Below are positions 1 through 11,105 of a stretch of 29,625 bases of DNA, in pieces. Within the stretch, counting starts at the first letter, position 1. Every line of letters starts with the position of its first letter. Under the pieces are notes generated by a model. That model was given only the letters and a program-made list of their open reading frames with translations. It was not told the DNA's origin and made no database searches. Position numbers and translations under genes: made by a program. The stretch is from an uncultured Lachnospiraceae bacterium (lineage in GTDB: Bacteria; Bacillota; Clostridia; Lachnospirales; Lachnospiraceae): contig CAJOQS010000162.1 in NCBI GenBank assembly GCA_905236925.1, positions 1 through 29,625 on the forward strand. Reading direction: 5' to 3'.

Positions 1-1
1 A

Positions 2-439
2 TTTTGACAGGAGTGCTCCCGCTCCCCCGGTCGCTCCCATATATATTGCGCCGTTTTTTTCTATAGAGGCTCTGACCTCCTCACTTCTTCTTCCCTTGCC
101 AATCATTCCTTCAAGGCCAAGGTCAAGAAGCGCCGGTGTGTATTTATCCATTCTTCCGGAGGTTGTAGGTCCCGCGGAGCCTATGACCTGTCCGGGACGC
201 GCAGGTGTGGGTCCGAGATAATAAATCACCGCATCCGTAAGATCGATGGGCAGTATTCCTTTCCCGAACAGCTCCCTGCCGGTCAGACCTTCCTCCCGGC
301 ACTCTCCTATAGCCTCGTACATCCGCTTGTGCGCCGCATCACGCGCTGTATAGACCGTTCCGGTCAGGTAGAGGATGTCTCCGCAGTTTATCTGTTCAAT
401 ATCATCCCTTGAAAAGGGCAGCCTGATTTTTCTGATCAT
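2..439 (-). CDS. Fe-S hydro-lyase (fumarate hydratase/tartrate dehydratase class I) beta subunit, 3' end outside window
   Basis: Absent from the ORF track because it runs off the edge. Manual translation from ATG at 439: MIRKIRLPFSRDDIEQINCGDILYLTGTVYTARDAAHKRM...IYYLGPTP...GSAGPTTSGRMDKYTP...MIGKG...GATGGAGALLSK. TARDAAHKR, GPTTSxRMD and MIGKG are beta-subunit motifs. Lies 25 nt after the alpha gene, with a GAAGGG RBS. Confidence 0.92.
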   Translation of the reverse strand, partial: MIRKIRLPFSRDDIEQINCGDILYLTGTVYTARDAAHKRMYEAIGECREEGLTGRELFGKGILPIDLTDAVIYYLGPTPARPGQVIGSAGPTTSGRMDKYTPALLDLGLEGMIGKGRRSEEVRASIEKNGAIYMGATGGAGALLSK

Positions 440-464
440 TATTTTCCCTTCTGCCGGATGGCTT

Positions 465-1388
465 TTATATTGTTGCCGTAACGTGTCTGTTTACATGGCA
501 GCAGATGTTTACCGCTACCGGAAGTCCTGCAATATGTGTGGGATATGTCTCGATATTTACCCCAAGGACCGAATTCCTTCCGCCCATGCCGCCCGGTCCG
601 ATCTTTAGCAAATTAAGCTCTTCAAACAGTTCGTTTTGAAGCTTTTTCAGATACCCCGTATCCGGTGCTGCTACTCCGCCTCTTCCGGCTGCTGTGGCCG
701 CGTACTCTTCGCTTCTGTTGCCGTTTTCGCCTTCGTAATATGTGTGCACGGAATTAAGCTTGTCCGTCAGTGCCTTTTTAGCCAGAACGGCACATTTTTC
801 AAAGTCGCCTCCGATACCTACTCCGACAACCATCGGGGGGCATGCATTTGCTCCGGCATCCATAACCGAAGTGATTACGGCGTTTTTGACGCCTTCTATG
901 CCGTCTGCCGGTTTTAACATGAATACCCTGCTCATGTTTTCGCTTCCGAAGCCCTTGGGTGCCACAGTGATCTCAACCTTGTCACCCTCAACGATCTCAT
1001 AATGTATTATTGCGGGAGTATTGTCCGCCGTATTCGTTCTGACAAGCGGATCCGCTACAACAGATTTTCTGAGATATCCGTCCGTATAGCCCCTTCTGAC
1101 ACCCTCATTTATCGCGCTTTTGAGACTTCCTCCCTCAAAATGCACATCCTGTCCTGCTCTTACGAACACTACCGCCATACCCGTATCCTGACAGATTGGT
1201 ATCTGCTCCTCCTCCGCGATCCTGAGATTTTCTGCCAGCTGGTTCAGAATGTTCTTGCCAAGCTCCGAGGTTTCGGTTTTGTTTGCCTGATCAAGGGCAG
1301 AAAGCATATCAGGTGCGAGTGAAAGGTTAGCTTCGATACACATTTTTGAGATCAGTTCGGTGATCTCCTTTACGTTGACTGTCCGCAT
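465..1388 (-). CDS. Fe-S hydro-lyase (fumarate hydratase class I) alpha subunit, 307 aa
   Basis: Motifs PICQDTG, PKGFGSEN, ACPP..VGVGIGG, IGPGGMGG, HIAGLPVAVNICCHVNRH. Start moved from 1418 to ATG 1388 (MRTVNV), which has AAGGA at normal spacing. Substrate (fumarate vs L-tartrate) is not provable from sequence. Confidence 0.9.
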   Translation of the reverse strand: MRTVNVKEITELISKMCIEANLSLAPDMLSALDQANKTETSELGKNILNQLAENLRIAEEEQIPICQDTGMAVVFVRAGQDVHFEGGSLKSAINEGVRRGYTDGYLRKSVVADPLVRTNTADNTPAIIHYEIVEGDKVEITVAPKGFGSENMSRVFMLKPADGIEGVKNAVITSVMDAGANACPPMVVGVGIGGDFEKCAVLAKKALTDKLNSVHTYYEGENGNRSEEYAATAAGRGGVAAPDTGYLKKLQNELFEELNLLKIGPGGMGGRNSVLGVNIETYPTHIAGLPVAVNICCHVNRHVTATI

Positions 1389-1465
1389 TGCATTCATTCC
1401 TTTTCGTACATATTGCACACAGACCCTCCCGGATCATTCCTGGAGGGTCTGCTTATGTTTCATTC

Positions 1466-4069
1466 TTACGTGTCTTCCTCTGCGCTTTCGCCTCCAACGC
1501 TTCCGTCAAATTCTTCGGAATGAAGGGTAGCCTTCTCCTCCTCGGAATCCTCAGGTTCGTCGTCGTCCATCGGAACCGCGGTTTCAACCTCACCGGACAA
1601 TCCGGCATTACTCTCCGCGTCCTCCTCGGTCTCACGTACCCTTGCGATTCGCGCGACTCTGGTGTTCTTTTCCTGATCAAGATTGATCAGCTTGACGCCC
1701 GTGGTGCTTCTTCCGCATATTCTTACATCATCGAGCTGTATCCTGATTACGGTTCCGCCGTTGGTGATAAGGATCATGTCGCAGTCCGTATCGAGAATCT
1801 TAGCGCCTATCAGCTGTCCGCTCTTCTCCATGATCTTGTAGCAGCGGAGACCCTTTCCGGCACGGTGCTGGGTCTTGAATTCGGACAGCGGTGTCAGCTT
1901 GCCGTAGCCAAGCTCCGAAACCGCCAGAAGATATTTGCCCTGCTCTGTCAGCTGCATAGCAACGACTTCATCATCGTCATCGAGATTGATGCCGATGACA
2001 CCGATCGACTGACGTCCGGTTACACGCACATCCTGTTCATTGAAGCGTATTGACATACCCTTCTTTGTAATGAGTATGACATCCTGCTTCTCGTCGGTAC
2101 ATTTCACGCCAATCAGCTCGTCGCCCTCACGCAGTGTGATCGCGATAAGGCCGACCTTGCGGATATTGGCATATTCCGACAATCTGGTGGTTTTAATGAT
2201 ACCGCCCTTTGTAGCCATCAGCAGATAGCTGTCCGGATCAAATCCGCGTACCGTGATGGTTGCGGAAACATGCTCGTCCGGCTGAAGCTGGAGCAGGTTG
2301 ATAATGGCTGTTCCGCGCGAAGTACGCGACGCCTCGGGTATCTCGTAGGCCTTAAGCCTGTATACACGTCCCTGATTTGTAAAGAACAGTATGTAGTGAT
2401 GATTTGTCGTCATGAAGAGCTCTTCGATGAAATCATCATCTATGATCGACATTCCCTTGATTCCCTTGCCGCCGCGATGCTGGGCCTTGAAATTGTCGGG
2501 TGTCATTCTCTTGATATAGCCGAGTCTTGTCATCGCAATGACAGTATCCTCATCGGGAACAAGATCCTCCGCGGAGATCTCATCGTCAAAGCCGATCGAG
2601 GTTTTTCTCTCGTCCCTGTATTTATTGCAGATGGCTGCCGCCTCGTCCCTTACTACTCCGAGAAGAACCTTCTCATCTCCGAGTATAGCCTTGTATTCCT
2701 TGATCTTATCCATGAGCTCGGCATACTCCGCTTCGAGCTTTTCTCTTTCCAGACCGGTCAGCTGTCTTAAGCGCATGTCAACGATCGCCTGGGCCTGAGG
2801 GTCGTCAAAACCGAAGCGGTCGATAAGTCCCTGTTTTGCATCCGGAGTGGACTTTGAAGCCTTGATCAGAGCAATTATCTCGTCGATTATATCGAGAGCC
2901 TTGATCAGACCTTCCTTGATATGTGCCTGTTCCTCGGCTTTCTTCAGATCGAATCTTGTCCTTCTTGTAACAACGTCCTCCTGATGCTTGATATAAAGCT
3001 CAAGGATCTGAAGGATCGAGAGCATCTTGGGCTCGTTGTTGACAAGAGCAAGCATGTTAACGCCGAAGGTGTCCTGAAGCTGTGTATGCTTGTAAAGATG
3101 GTTAAGAACCACCTGAGGATTTACGTCACGCCGCAGCTCTATGCAGACGCGCATACCCTGACGGTCGGATTCGTCGCGAAGATCCGTGATGCCGTCTATC
3201 TTTCTGTCCTTGACCAGCTCCGCTATCTTGGCGATAAGCCTTGCCTTGTTTACAAGGAAGGGCAGCTCCGTAACTACTATCCTGTTCTTGCCGTTAGCCA
3301 TAGGCTCGATATCGGTCACGGCACGGATCTTTATCTTGCCTCGTCCGGTCCTGTAGGCTTCGTTGATTCCTCTTGTACCGAGAATGGTACCTCCCGTCGG
3401 AAAATCGGGTCCTTTAATGATCCCGAGTATCTCGTCGATAGAGGTCTCCCTGTTCTCATCGATCCTGTTGTTGATGATCAGAGTTACCGCGTCAAGCACC
3501 TCTCCGATATTGTGCGGAGGGATGTTGGTCGCCATGCCGACAGCGATACCTGTGGTTCCGTTGATCAGCAGATTCGGGACTCTTGCGGGAAGTACGGTGG
3601 GTTCCTTTTCCGTTTCATCAAAGTTGGGTATGAATTCAACCGTATCCTTGTTGATATCGGCCAGCATCTCCATGGAGATCTTGCTGAGACGGGCTTCGGT
3701 GTAACGCATTGCGGCAGCGCCGTCTCCGTCGACCGATCCGAAGTTTCCGTGTCCGTCCACAAGGGGATAATGAGTTGACCATTCCTGTGCCAGATTGACC
3801 AGCGATCCGTAGATCGAGCTGTCTCCGTGAGGGTGGTATTTACCCATTGTATCGCCGACGATACGGGCACATTTACGATGAGGCTTGTCCGGTGTGTTGG
3901 ACAGCTCTATCATTGCATACAGTATTCTTCTCTGAACAGGCTTAAGACCGTCTCTGACATCGGGAAGGGCACGGGCAGCTATAACCGACATTGCGTAATC
4001 GATATAGGAGGTCTCCATGGTTTCCTTCAAATCAACCGGTTTTACCTGATCATACATATTCTCTTCCAT
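1466..4069 (-). CDS. gyrA: DNA gyrase subunit A
   Basis: [25 protein letters not shown], catalytic AAMRYTE, intact GyrA-box QHRGGKG; follows gyrB. Confidence 0.99.
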   Translation of the reverse strand: MEENMYDQVKPVDLKETMETSYIDYAMSVIAARALPDVRDGLKPVQRRILYAMIELSNTPDKPHRKCARIVGDTMGKYHPHGDSSIYGSLVNLAQEWSTHYPLVDGHGNFGSVDGDGAAAMRYTEARLSKISMEMLADINKDTVEFIPNFDETEKEPTVLPARVPNLLINGTTGIAVGMATNIPPHNIGEVLDAVTLIINNRIDENRETSIDEILGIIKGPDFPTGGTILGTRGINEAYRTGRGKIKIRAVTDIEPMANGKNRIVVTELPFLVNKARLIAKIAELVKDRKIDGITDLRDESDRQGMRVCIELRRDVNPQVVLNHLYKHTQLQDTFGVNMLALVNNEPKMLSILQILELYIKHQEDVVTRRTRFDLKKAEEQAHIKEGLIKALDIIDEIIALIKASKSTPDAKQGLIDRFGFDDPQAQAIVDMRLRQLTGLEREKLEAEYAELMDKIKEYKAILGDEKVLLGVVRDEAAAICNKYRDERKTSIGFDDEISAEDLVPDEDTVIAMTRLGYIKRMTPDNFKAQHRGGKGIKGMSIIDDDFIEELFMTTNHHYILFFTNQGRVYRLKAYEIPEASRTSRGTAIINLLQLQPDEHVSATITVRGFDPDSYLLMATKGGIIKTTRLSEYANIRKVGLIAITLREGDELIGVKCTDEKQDVILITKKGMSIRFNEQDVRVTGRQSIGVIGINLDDDDEVVAMQLTEQGKYLLAVSELGYGKLTPLSEFKTQHRAGKGLRCYKIMEKSGQLIGAKILDTDCDMILITNGGTVIRIQLDDVRICGRSTTGVKLINLDQEKNTRVARIARVRETEEDAESNAGLSGEVETAVPMDDDEPEDSEEEKATLHSEEFDGSVGGESAEEDT

Positions 4070-4091
4070 TTATAGGTTTCTCCTCAAATCA

Positions 4092-7080
<2,989 letters not shown>

Positions 7081-7089
7081 ACTAAAAAA

Positions 7090-7296
7090 TTACTCCACGG
7101 TAACGGTTTTACCCTTATATGTAAAGGAATCTCCCTTATAAAGCTTTCTTCCGCGCCTGTTTTCAGGCTGGCCGTTGACTGTTACCCTGCCTTCTTCTAT
7201 CTCATATTTGGCTTCAACGCCCGATTCCACAAGACCGGCCAGCTTCATAGCCTGTCCGAGCTTGATAAAATCGTCTCTGATAGTAATTTTATCCAT
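7090..7296 (-). CDS. yaaA: S4-domain RNA-binding protein YaaA
   Basis: FIKLGQAMKLAGLVESGVEAK...VTVNG..E.RRGRKL; between dnaN and recF. Confidence 0.95.
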   Translation of the reverse strand: MDKITIRDDFIKLGQAMKLAGLVESGVEAKYEIEEGRVTVNGQPENRRGRKLYKGDSFTYKGKTVTVE

Positions 7297-7339
7297 AATT
7301 CTCCGTTTCCCGAATTCCGACAGAAATGCCTGTCAGCCG

Positions 7340-8443
7340 TTATGCCACGATGTTAACCGGAAGAATGAGATAGATATAATTCTCCGCACTGTCTCTGATA
7401 AAGCAGGGTGACTTTGAATTAACAAGATAAATATCAATATTCTCGTCGTCAATGACCCTGAGAGCTTCAATGATGAACTTGGGATTGAAGCCTATAACGA
7501 TATCCTTTCCTTCCTTCTCAATGTTGATCTCATCGTCAAGAGTTCCGATCTGAGTGTTCATCCTGAGATTGAGTATCTGATCGCTGGTTTCGATTACTAC
7601 AGGCTTTTTGTCACTTTCCTTTATCAGAAGCGTAGCTCTGTCTATGCTGTTGAACAGTTCTCTCTTGTTAACGGTAATCTTGGTCTCAAAATCAGATGAA
7701 AGCATCTGATCTATCTTGTAATATTCTCCCTCGATAAGTCTTGAAAGGATAACGGTATCCTCCAGCTCAAACATGATATTCTTGTCGGAGAAATAGATAT
7801 TGACCTCATCCTCGGTCTCGCCGGAAAGGATCTTGCTTATCTCATTAAGTGCCTTACCGGGAACGATAACCTTGTAATTGCCGAAATCTTCCTTCAGCTC
7901 GATATTCCTGACAGCAATTCTGTGACCGTCGAGAGCAACTGCTCTCATCTTGTTGCCCTTTATCTCAAAGAGCTCACCGGTCATTACTTTAACGTTCTCG
8001 TTATCCGATATTGAGAAAACGGTCTGCACGATAATGCTGCGAAGAGTAAACTGGGACATCGTTACCTTTTTGCTCTTCTCTATCTGGGGAAGTCCGGGGA
8101 ATTCACTGCCTTCCTTCGCCGAAATGTTAAACTTGGTCTTTTCACAGTTAATCTTGGTATTAAGAGAAGCATCCGTTTCGATAGTAACGTCGTTATCGGG
8201 AAGCTTGCGCACGATATCGGAGAAATTCTTGGCGTTGAGAGCTATAATTCCCTCCTCGATGATATCGCCTCTTACGACTGTCTCGATACCGAGTTCCATA
8301 TCGTTTCCTACCAAAGCTATCTGTCCGTTGACTGCCTTTAAAAGGATGCAATCAAGGATCGGCATGGTTGTTTTTGCGGGAACAGCCTTTAATACGATTC
8401 CTATACCGGTAAGCAGATCAGCTTTTGCACATTTGATTTTCAT
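7340..8443 (-). CDS. dnaN: DNA polymerase III beta sliding clamp
   Basis: 367 aa, GNDMELGIE, AVALDGHRIA, SRLIEGEY, GFNPKF, YLILPV; directly downstream of dnaA; RBS AGGAGG. Confidence 0.99.
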   Translation of the reverse strand: MKIKCAKADLLTGIGIVLKAVPAKTTMPILDCILLKAVNGQIALVGNDMELGIETVVRGDIIEEGIIALNAKNFSDIVRKLPDNDVTIETDASLNTKINCEKTKFNISAKEGSEFPGLPQIEKSKKVTMSQFTLRSIIVQTVFSISDNENVKVMTGELFEIKGNKMRAVALDGHRIAVRNIELKEDFGNYKVIVPGKALNEISKILSGETEDEVNIYFSDKNIMFELEDTVILSRLIEGEYYKIDQMLSSDFETKITVNKRELFNSIDRATLLIKESDKKPVVIETSDQILNLRMNTQIGTLDDEINIEKEGKDIVIGFNPKFIIEALRVIDDENIDIYLVNSKSPCFIRDSAENYIYLILPVNIVA

Positions 8444-8540
8444 TGGTTATGCTTCCTCCTAATTTATTAGATGCGGTTTTGTCGCATCTGATTTCTCACT
8501 ATATACGCCAATAGCGCAGCAGACCCAATAATTGGATTTT

Positions 8541-8682
8541 TTATAGATAAATATATATATTTAATATTAATTATAGTTATTATATGGGCCGTTTAAAAGT
8601 GGATAAGCCGTTAAACGTCCGTAATTACTATATTTATGAGCTCCGCATATCATGTTCAAAAGCACTTTACACTTTTGTATAA
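8541..8682 (-). other. oriC: oriC unwinding region (dnaA-dnaN intergenic): DnaA boxes, GC motif, DnaA-trios, AT-rich DUE
   Basis: Read on minus strand: TTATACAAA (8674-8682), TTTTGAACA (8653-8661), TTATCCACT (8598-8606), then GGCC (8587-8590), trinucleotide run ATA TAA TAA CTA TAA TTA ATA TTA (8562-8585) and AATATATATATTTAT. Same order as the B. subtilis basal unwinding system. Confidence 0.88.
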
Positions 8683-8694
8683 CTTAAGTCAGGA

Positions 8695-10068
8695 TCAGTC
8701 TATGTTCAGCTTCTTAATGATGATATCCACCGTATTCTCCACAGACGGATCCTCTTTTATCATGTTTTCCACTTTTTTGATCCCGTGAAGAACCGTTGTG
8801 TGATCACGCTTGAAAACCTTTGATATATCGTTTCCGGTCCTTAAGGTATACCTTTTTGAGAGATACATTGCTATCTGTCTGGGGAAAGCAATGAAGCTGT
8901 CCCTCTTGTCGGAAAGGATTTCCGATGGAGTGATATTATAGTGCTCTGCTACAACATCAATAATGAATTCAGGAGTGATTACCTTCTTCTGGTTAGGGAA
9001 GATCATGTCCTTGAGCGCATACTCGACAAGCTCCATATCTATGCTCTTATGATTGATGTTGGAAAGAGCTATTACCTTATTAAGGGCACCTTCGAGTGAG
9101 CGGATATTCGTATTGATATTATCAGCAATGTAGGAAAGACATTCGTCACTGATAACGATCCTGCTTCCGGTCTCAAATTCGCGCATCTCAATCTTTTTCT
9201 TAAGGATGGCCATCTTGGTCTCATAGTCGGGTGTTGTGATATCAACTATGAGGCCGCTTTCAAAGCGTGAACGGAAGCGTTCATCAAGATCGGCAAAGTC
9301 GCGGGGCGGCTTATCCGAAGTGATGACTATCTGTTTTCTGGCTTCGCGCAGATAGTTAAAGGTATAGAAAAACTCTTCCTGAGTACGGTTTTTACCTATT
9401 ATAAATTGAATATCGTCAATAAGAAGAATGTCGACGTTGCGATATTTTTCCCTGACATCGGCAGCGGAAACGGTACCCTGTCTGATGGATTCAACTATCT
9501 CGGTAGTAAATTTGTCACTAGTAACGTACAGAACCTTCAGGCTGGGAGAATTCTCCTCAATGAAATGAACTATAGCGTGCAGAAGATGAGTTTTTCCAAG
9601 TCCGGGATCGCCATAAATATACAGGGGATTGTAAATTTCACCGGGTGCCTCGGCCACCTTAAGGGCTGCCGCATGAACCATGGAATTGTTGCGGCTTACA
9701 ACGAAATTATCGAAGGTATAATCCGGATTAAGAATAAAATCGGAAGATGAACCCGTCCTTCTCTTAATTTCGGGAGCAGGTGCCTTCAATGATTCCGGTA
9801 CCTGAGCAACAAGCTCGATGTCGGGCATCTCATCAAGGTCAAGTACTTCAGCTATAGCACTTTTAATGAAATTTCCGTACTTTTTCTGAATGAAGGAAAT
9901 GTTTGATATATTATCCTCGGAATCTGTAAAGATAAGTATCTTATTGTTTTCAATATCCTTGAACTTCAGATCCTTAAGCCAGGTCTCGAAAGAAACCTTC
10001 TGAATACCGAATTCAGTTCTGAGATATTCAAGAATATCGTCCCATTTCTTTGTTATCAGATCCTTCAT
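8695..10068 (-). CDS. dnaA: Chromosomal replication initiator DnaA, 457 aa
   Basis: YTFDNFV, YNPLYIYGDPGLGKTHLL, LLIDDIQF, QEEFF, RSLEGAL, PRQIAMYL, RDHTTVLHG. Start moved from 10104 to ATG 10068, downstream of GGAGGAG. Confidence 0.99.
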   Translation of the reverse strand: MKDLITKKWDDILEYLRTEFGIQKVSFETWLKDLKFKDIENNKILIFTDSEDNISNISFIQKKYGNFIKSAIAEVLDLDEMPDIELVAQVPESLKAPAPEIKRRTGSSSDFILNPDYTFDNFVVSRNNSMVHAAALKVAEAPGEIYNPLYIYGDPGLGKTHLLHAIVHFIEENSPSLKVLYVTSDKFTTEIVESIRQGTVSAADVREKYRNVDILLIDDIQFIIGKNRTQEEFFYTFNYLREARKQIVITSDKPPRDFADLDERFRSRFESGLIVDITTPDYETKMAILKKKIEMREFETGSRIVISDECLSYIADNINTNIRSLEGALNKVIALSNINHKSIDMELVEYALKDMIFPNQKKVITPEFIIDVVAEHYNITPSEILSDKRDSFIAFPRQIAMYLSKRYTLRTGNDISKVFKRDHTTVLHGIKKVENMIKEDPSVENTVDIIIKKLNID

Positions 10069-10112
10069 AATATAATAACTCTCCTCCAAAAGGCAAAATG
10101 CCACACATAGTT

Positions 10113-10141
10113 ATTCTACTCTATTGGTGTTCTTTTTTCAA
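10113..10141 (-). promoter_or_regulatory. Putative sigma-A promoter of dnaA
   Basis: TTGAAA (10136-10141) - 17 nt - TAGAAT (10113-10118) on minus strand. Confidence 0.7.
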
Positions 10142-10202
10142 GAATATTTCAAGATTCGCGCATATCCCCACAAAGCGCGTATCTCATGGTATTGCCGATT
10201 AT

Positions 10203-10259
10203 TTATCCAAAATGTATCCACAGCAAGTTATCAACATATCCACAGAATTATGTGGATAT
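10203..10259. promoter_or_regulatory. DnaA-box cluster upstream of dnaA
   Basis: TTATCCAAA 10203-10211, GTATCCACA 10214-10222, TTATCAACA 10228-10236, ATATCCACA 10236-10244, reverse-oriented TGTGGATAT 10251-10259; each one mismatch from TTWTNCACA. Confidence 0.9.
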
Positions 10260-10291
10260 GTTGGAAAAAACGCAAAAAAATAAGATTTTAC

Positions 10292-10320
10292 TTGACGAAA
10301 GAGTGTCTCGTAAATATAAT
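10292..10320 (+). promoter_or_regulatory. Sigma-A promoter of the rpmH operon
   Basis: TTGACG (10292-10297) - 17 nt - TATAAT (10315-10320), preceded by A-tracts. Confidence 0.88.
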
Positions 10321-10361
10321 TGTAATGCTGTTTATTATCCCAAAAAGGAGGTGTTTACGAT

Positions 10362-10496
10362 ATGAAGATGACATTTCAGCCTAAGAACAGACAGAGATCA
10401 AAGGTTCACGGTTTCCGTCAGAGAATGAGCACTGTAGGCGGACGTAAGGTTCTCTCTGCAAGAAGAGCAAAAGGAAGACATAAATTATCAGCCTGA
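10362..10496 (+). CDS. rpmH: 50S ribosomal protein L34, 44 aa (not in ORF track)
   Basis: Manual translation [44 protein letters not shown]; RBS AAGGAGGT. Confidence 0.99.
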   Translation: MKMTFQPKNRQRSKVHGFRQRMSTVGGRKVLSARRAKGRHKLSA

Positions 10497-10520
10497 GGTC
10501 GCATTTATGTGACCTTTTCT
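10496..10520 (+). terminator. Intrinsic terminator/attenuator after rpmH
   Basis: AGGTCGCAT-TT-ATGTGACCT followed by TTTCTTCT. Confidence 0.6.
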
Positions 10521-10557
10521 TCTGTAATCTTTTTTTTACAGATGAGAGGAATGTGAT

Positions 10558-10890
10558 TTGTCTAAAATCGTTTCATTAAAGAACTTCTCTCAGTTTGACA
10601 ACGTATACAGGAACGGAATTAGCTACGCTAACCGTTATCTGGTCATGTATATTATGAAGAATGACCTTAATATCAACAGACTCGGCATTTCAGTCAGCAA
10701 AAGAGTCGGAAACAGCGTTGTCAGACACAGAATCACCAGACTCATCCGCGAGGCATACCGGCTCGCGGGGAGCGTGTTCAATAGTGGTTTGGACATTGTG
10801 GTTGTAGCGCGCGCTGGCGTAAGAGGAAAGAATTATTTCGATGTAAGGGATGCGATGCTTCATCTGGCAAAGCTCCACAAGATCATTTGA
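10558..10890 (+). CDS. rnpA: Ribonuclease P protein component
   Basis: TTG start with GAGAGG RBS; [25 protein letters not shown] (RNR-motif region); follows rpmH. Confidence 0.97.
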   Translation: MSKIVSLKNFSQFDNVYRNGISYANRYLVMYIMKNDLNINRLGISVSKRVGNSVVRHRITRLIREAYRLAGSVFNSGLDIVVVARAGVRGKNYFDVRDAMLHLAKLHKII

Positions 10891-10892
10891 CT

Positions 10893-11105
10893 ATGAAAAA
10901 TATTCTTATCTTCCTGATAAATATATATAAAAGGTATATTTCACCTCTAAAACGCAGAAGTGTTTGTATTTACATTCCTACCTGCTCTACTTACGCGATC
11001 GAGGCGCTGCAGAAATACGGCGCGCTGAAAGGTTCGTTTTTAGCAGCGAAACGAATTCTTAGATGCCACCCGTTTTCTAAGGGAGGATTTGATCCGGTAC
11101 CCTGA
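10893..11105 (+). CDS. yidD: Membrane protein insertion efficiency factor YidD
   Basis: [43 protein letters not shown] 10893 preferred over TTG 10887. Confidence 0.97.
   Translation: MKNILIFLINIYKRYISPLKRRSVCIYIPTCSTYAIEALQKYGALKGSFLAAKRILRCHPFSKGGFDPVP

Noticed and set aside
1388-3778. Long + strand ORFs opposite gyrA (e.g. 1388-2053, 2921-3778)
   Set aside because: Antisense shadows of a conserved gene; no RBS or recognisable motifs; expected from codon bias.
10069-10104. ORF-track starts for dnaA (10104), fumarase alpha (1418), yidD (10887) and the kinase (20918)
   Set aside because: Downstream ATGs have correctly placed SD sequences and match family N-termini.
10293-10299. TGACGAA matches the Spo0A box (TGNCGAA) on the rpmH -35
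   Set aside because: A six-informative-base motif is expected by chance every few kb and is largely forced by the -35 TTGAC; no second box nearby.
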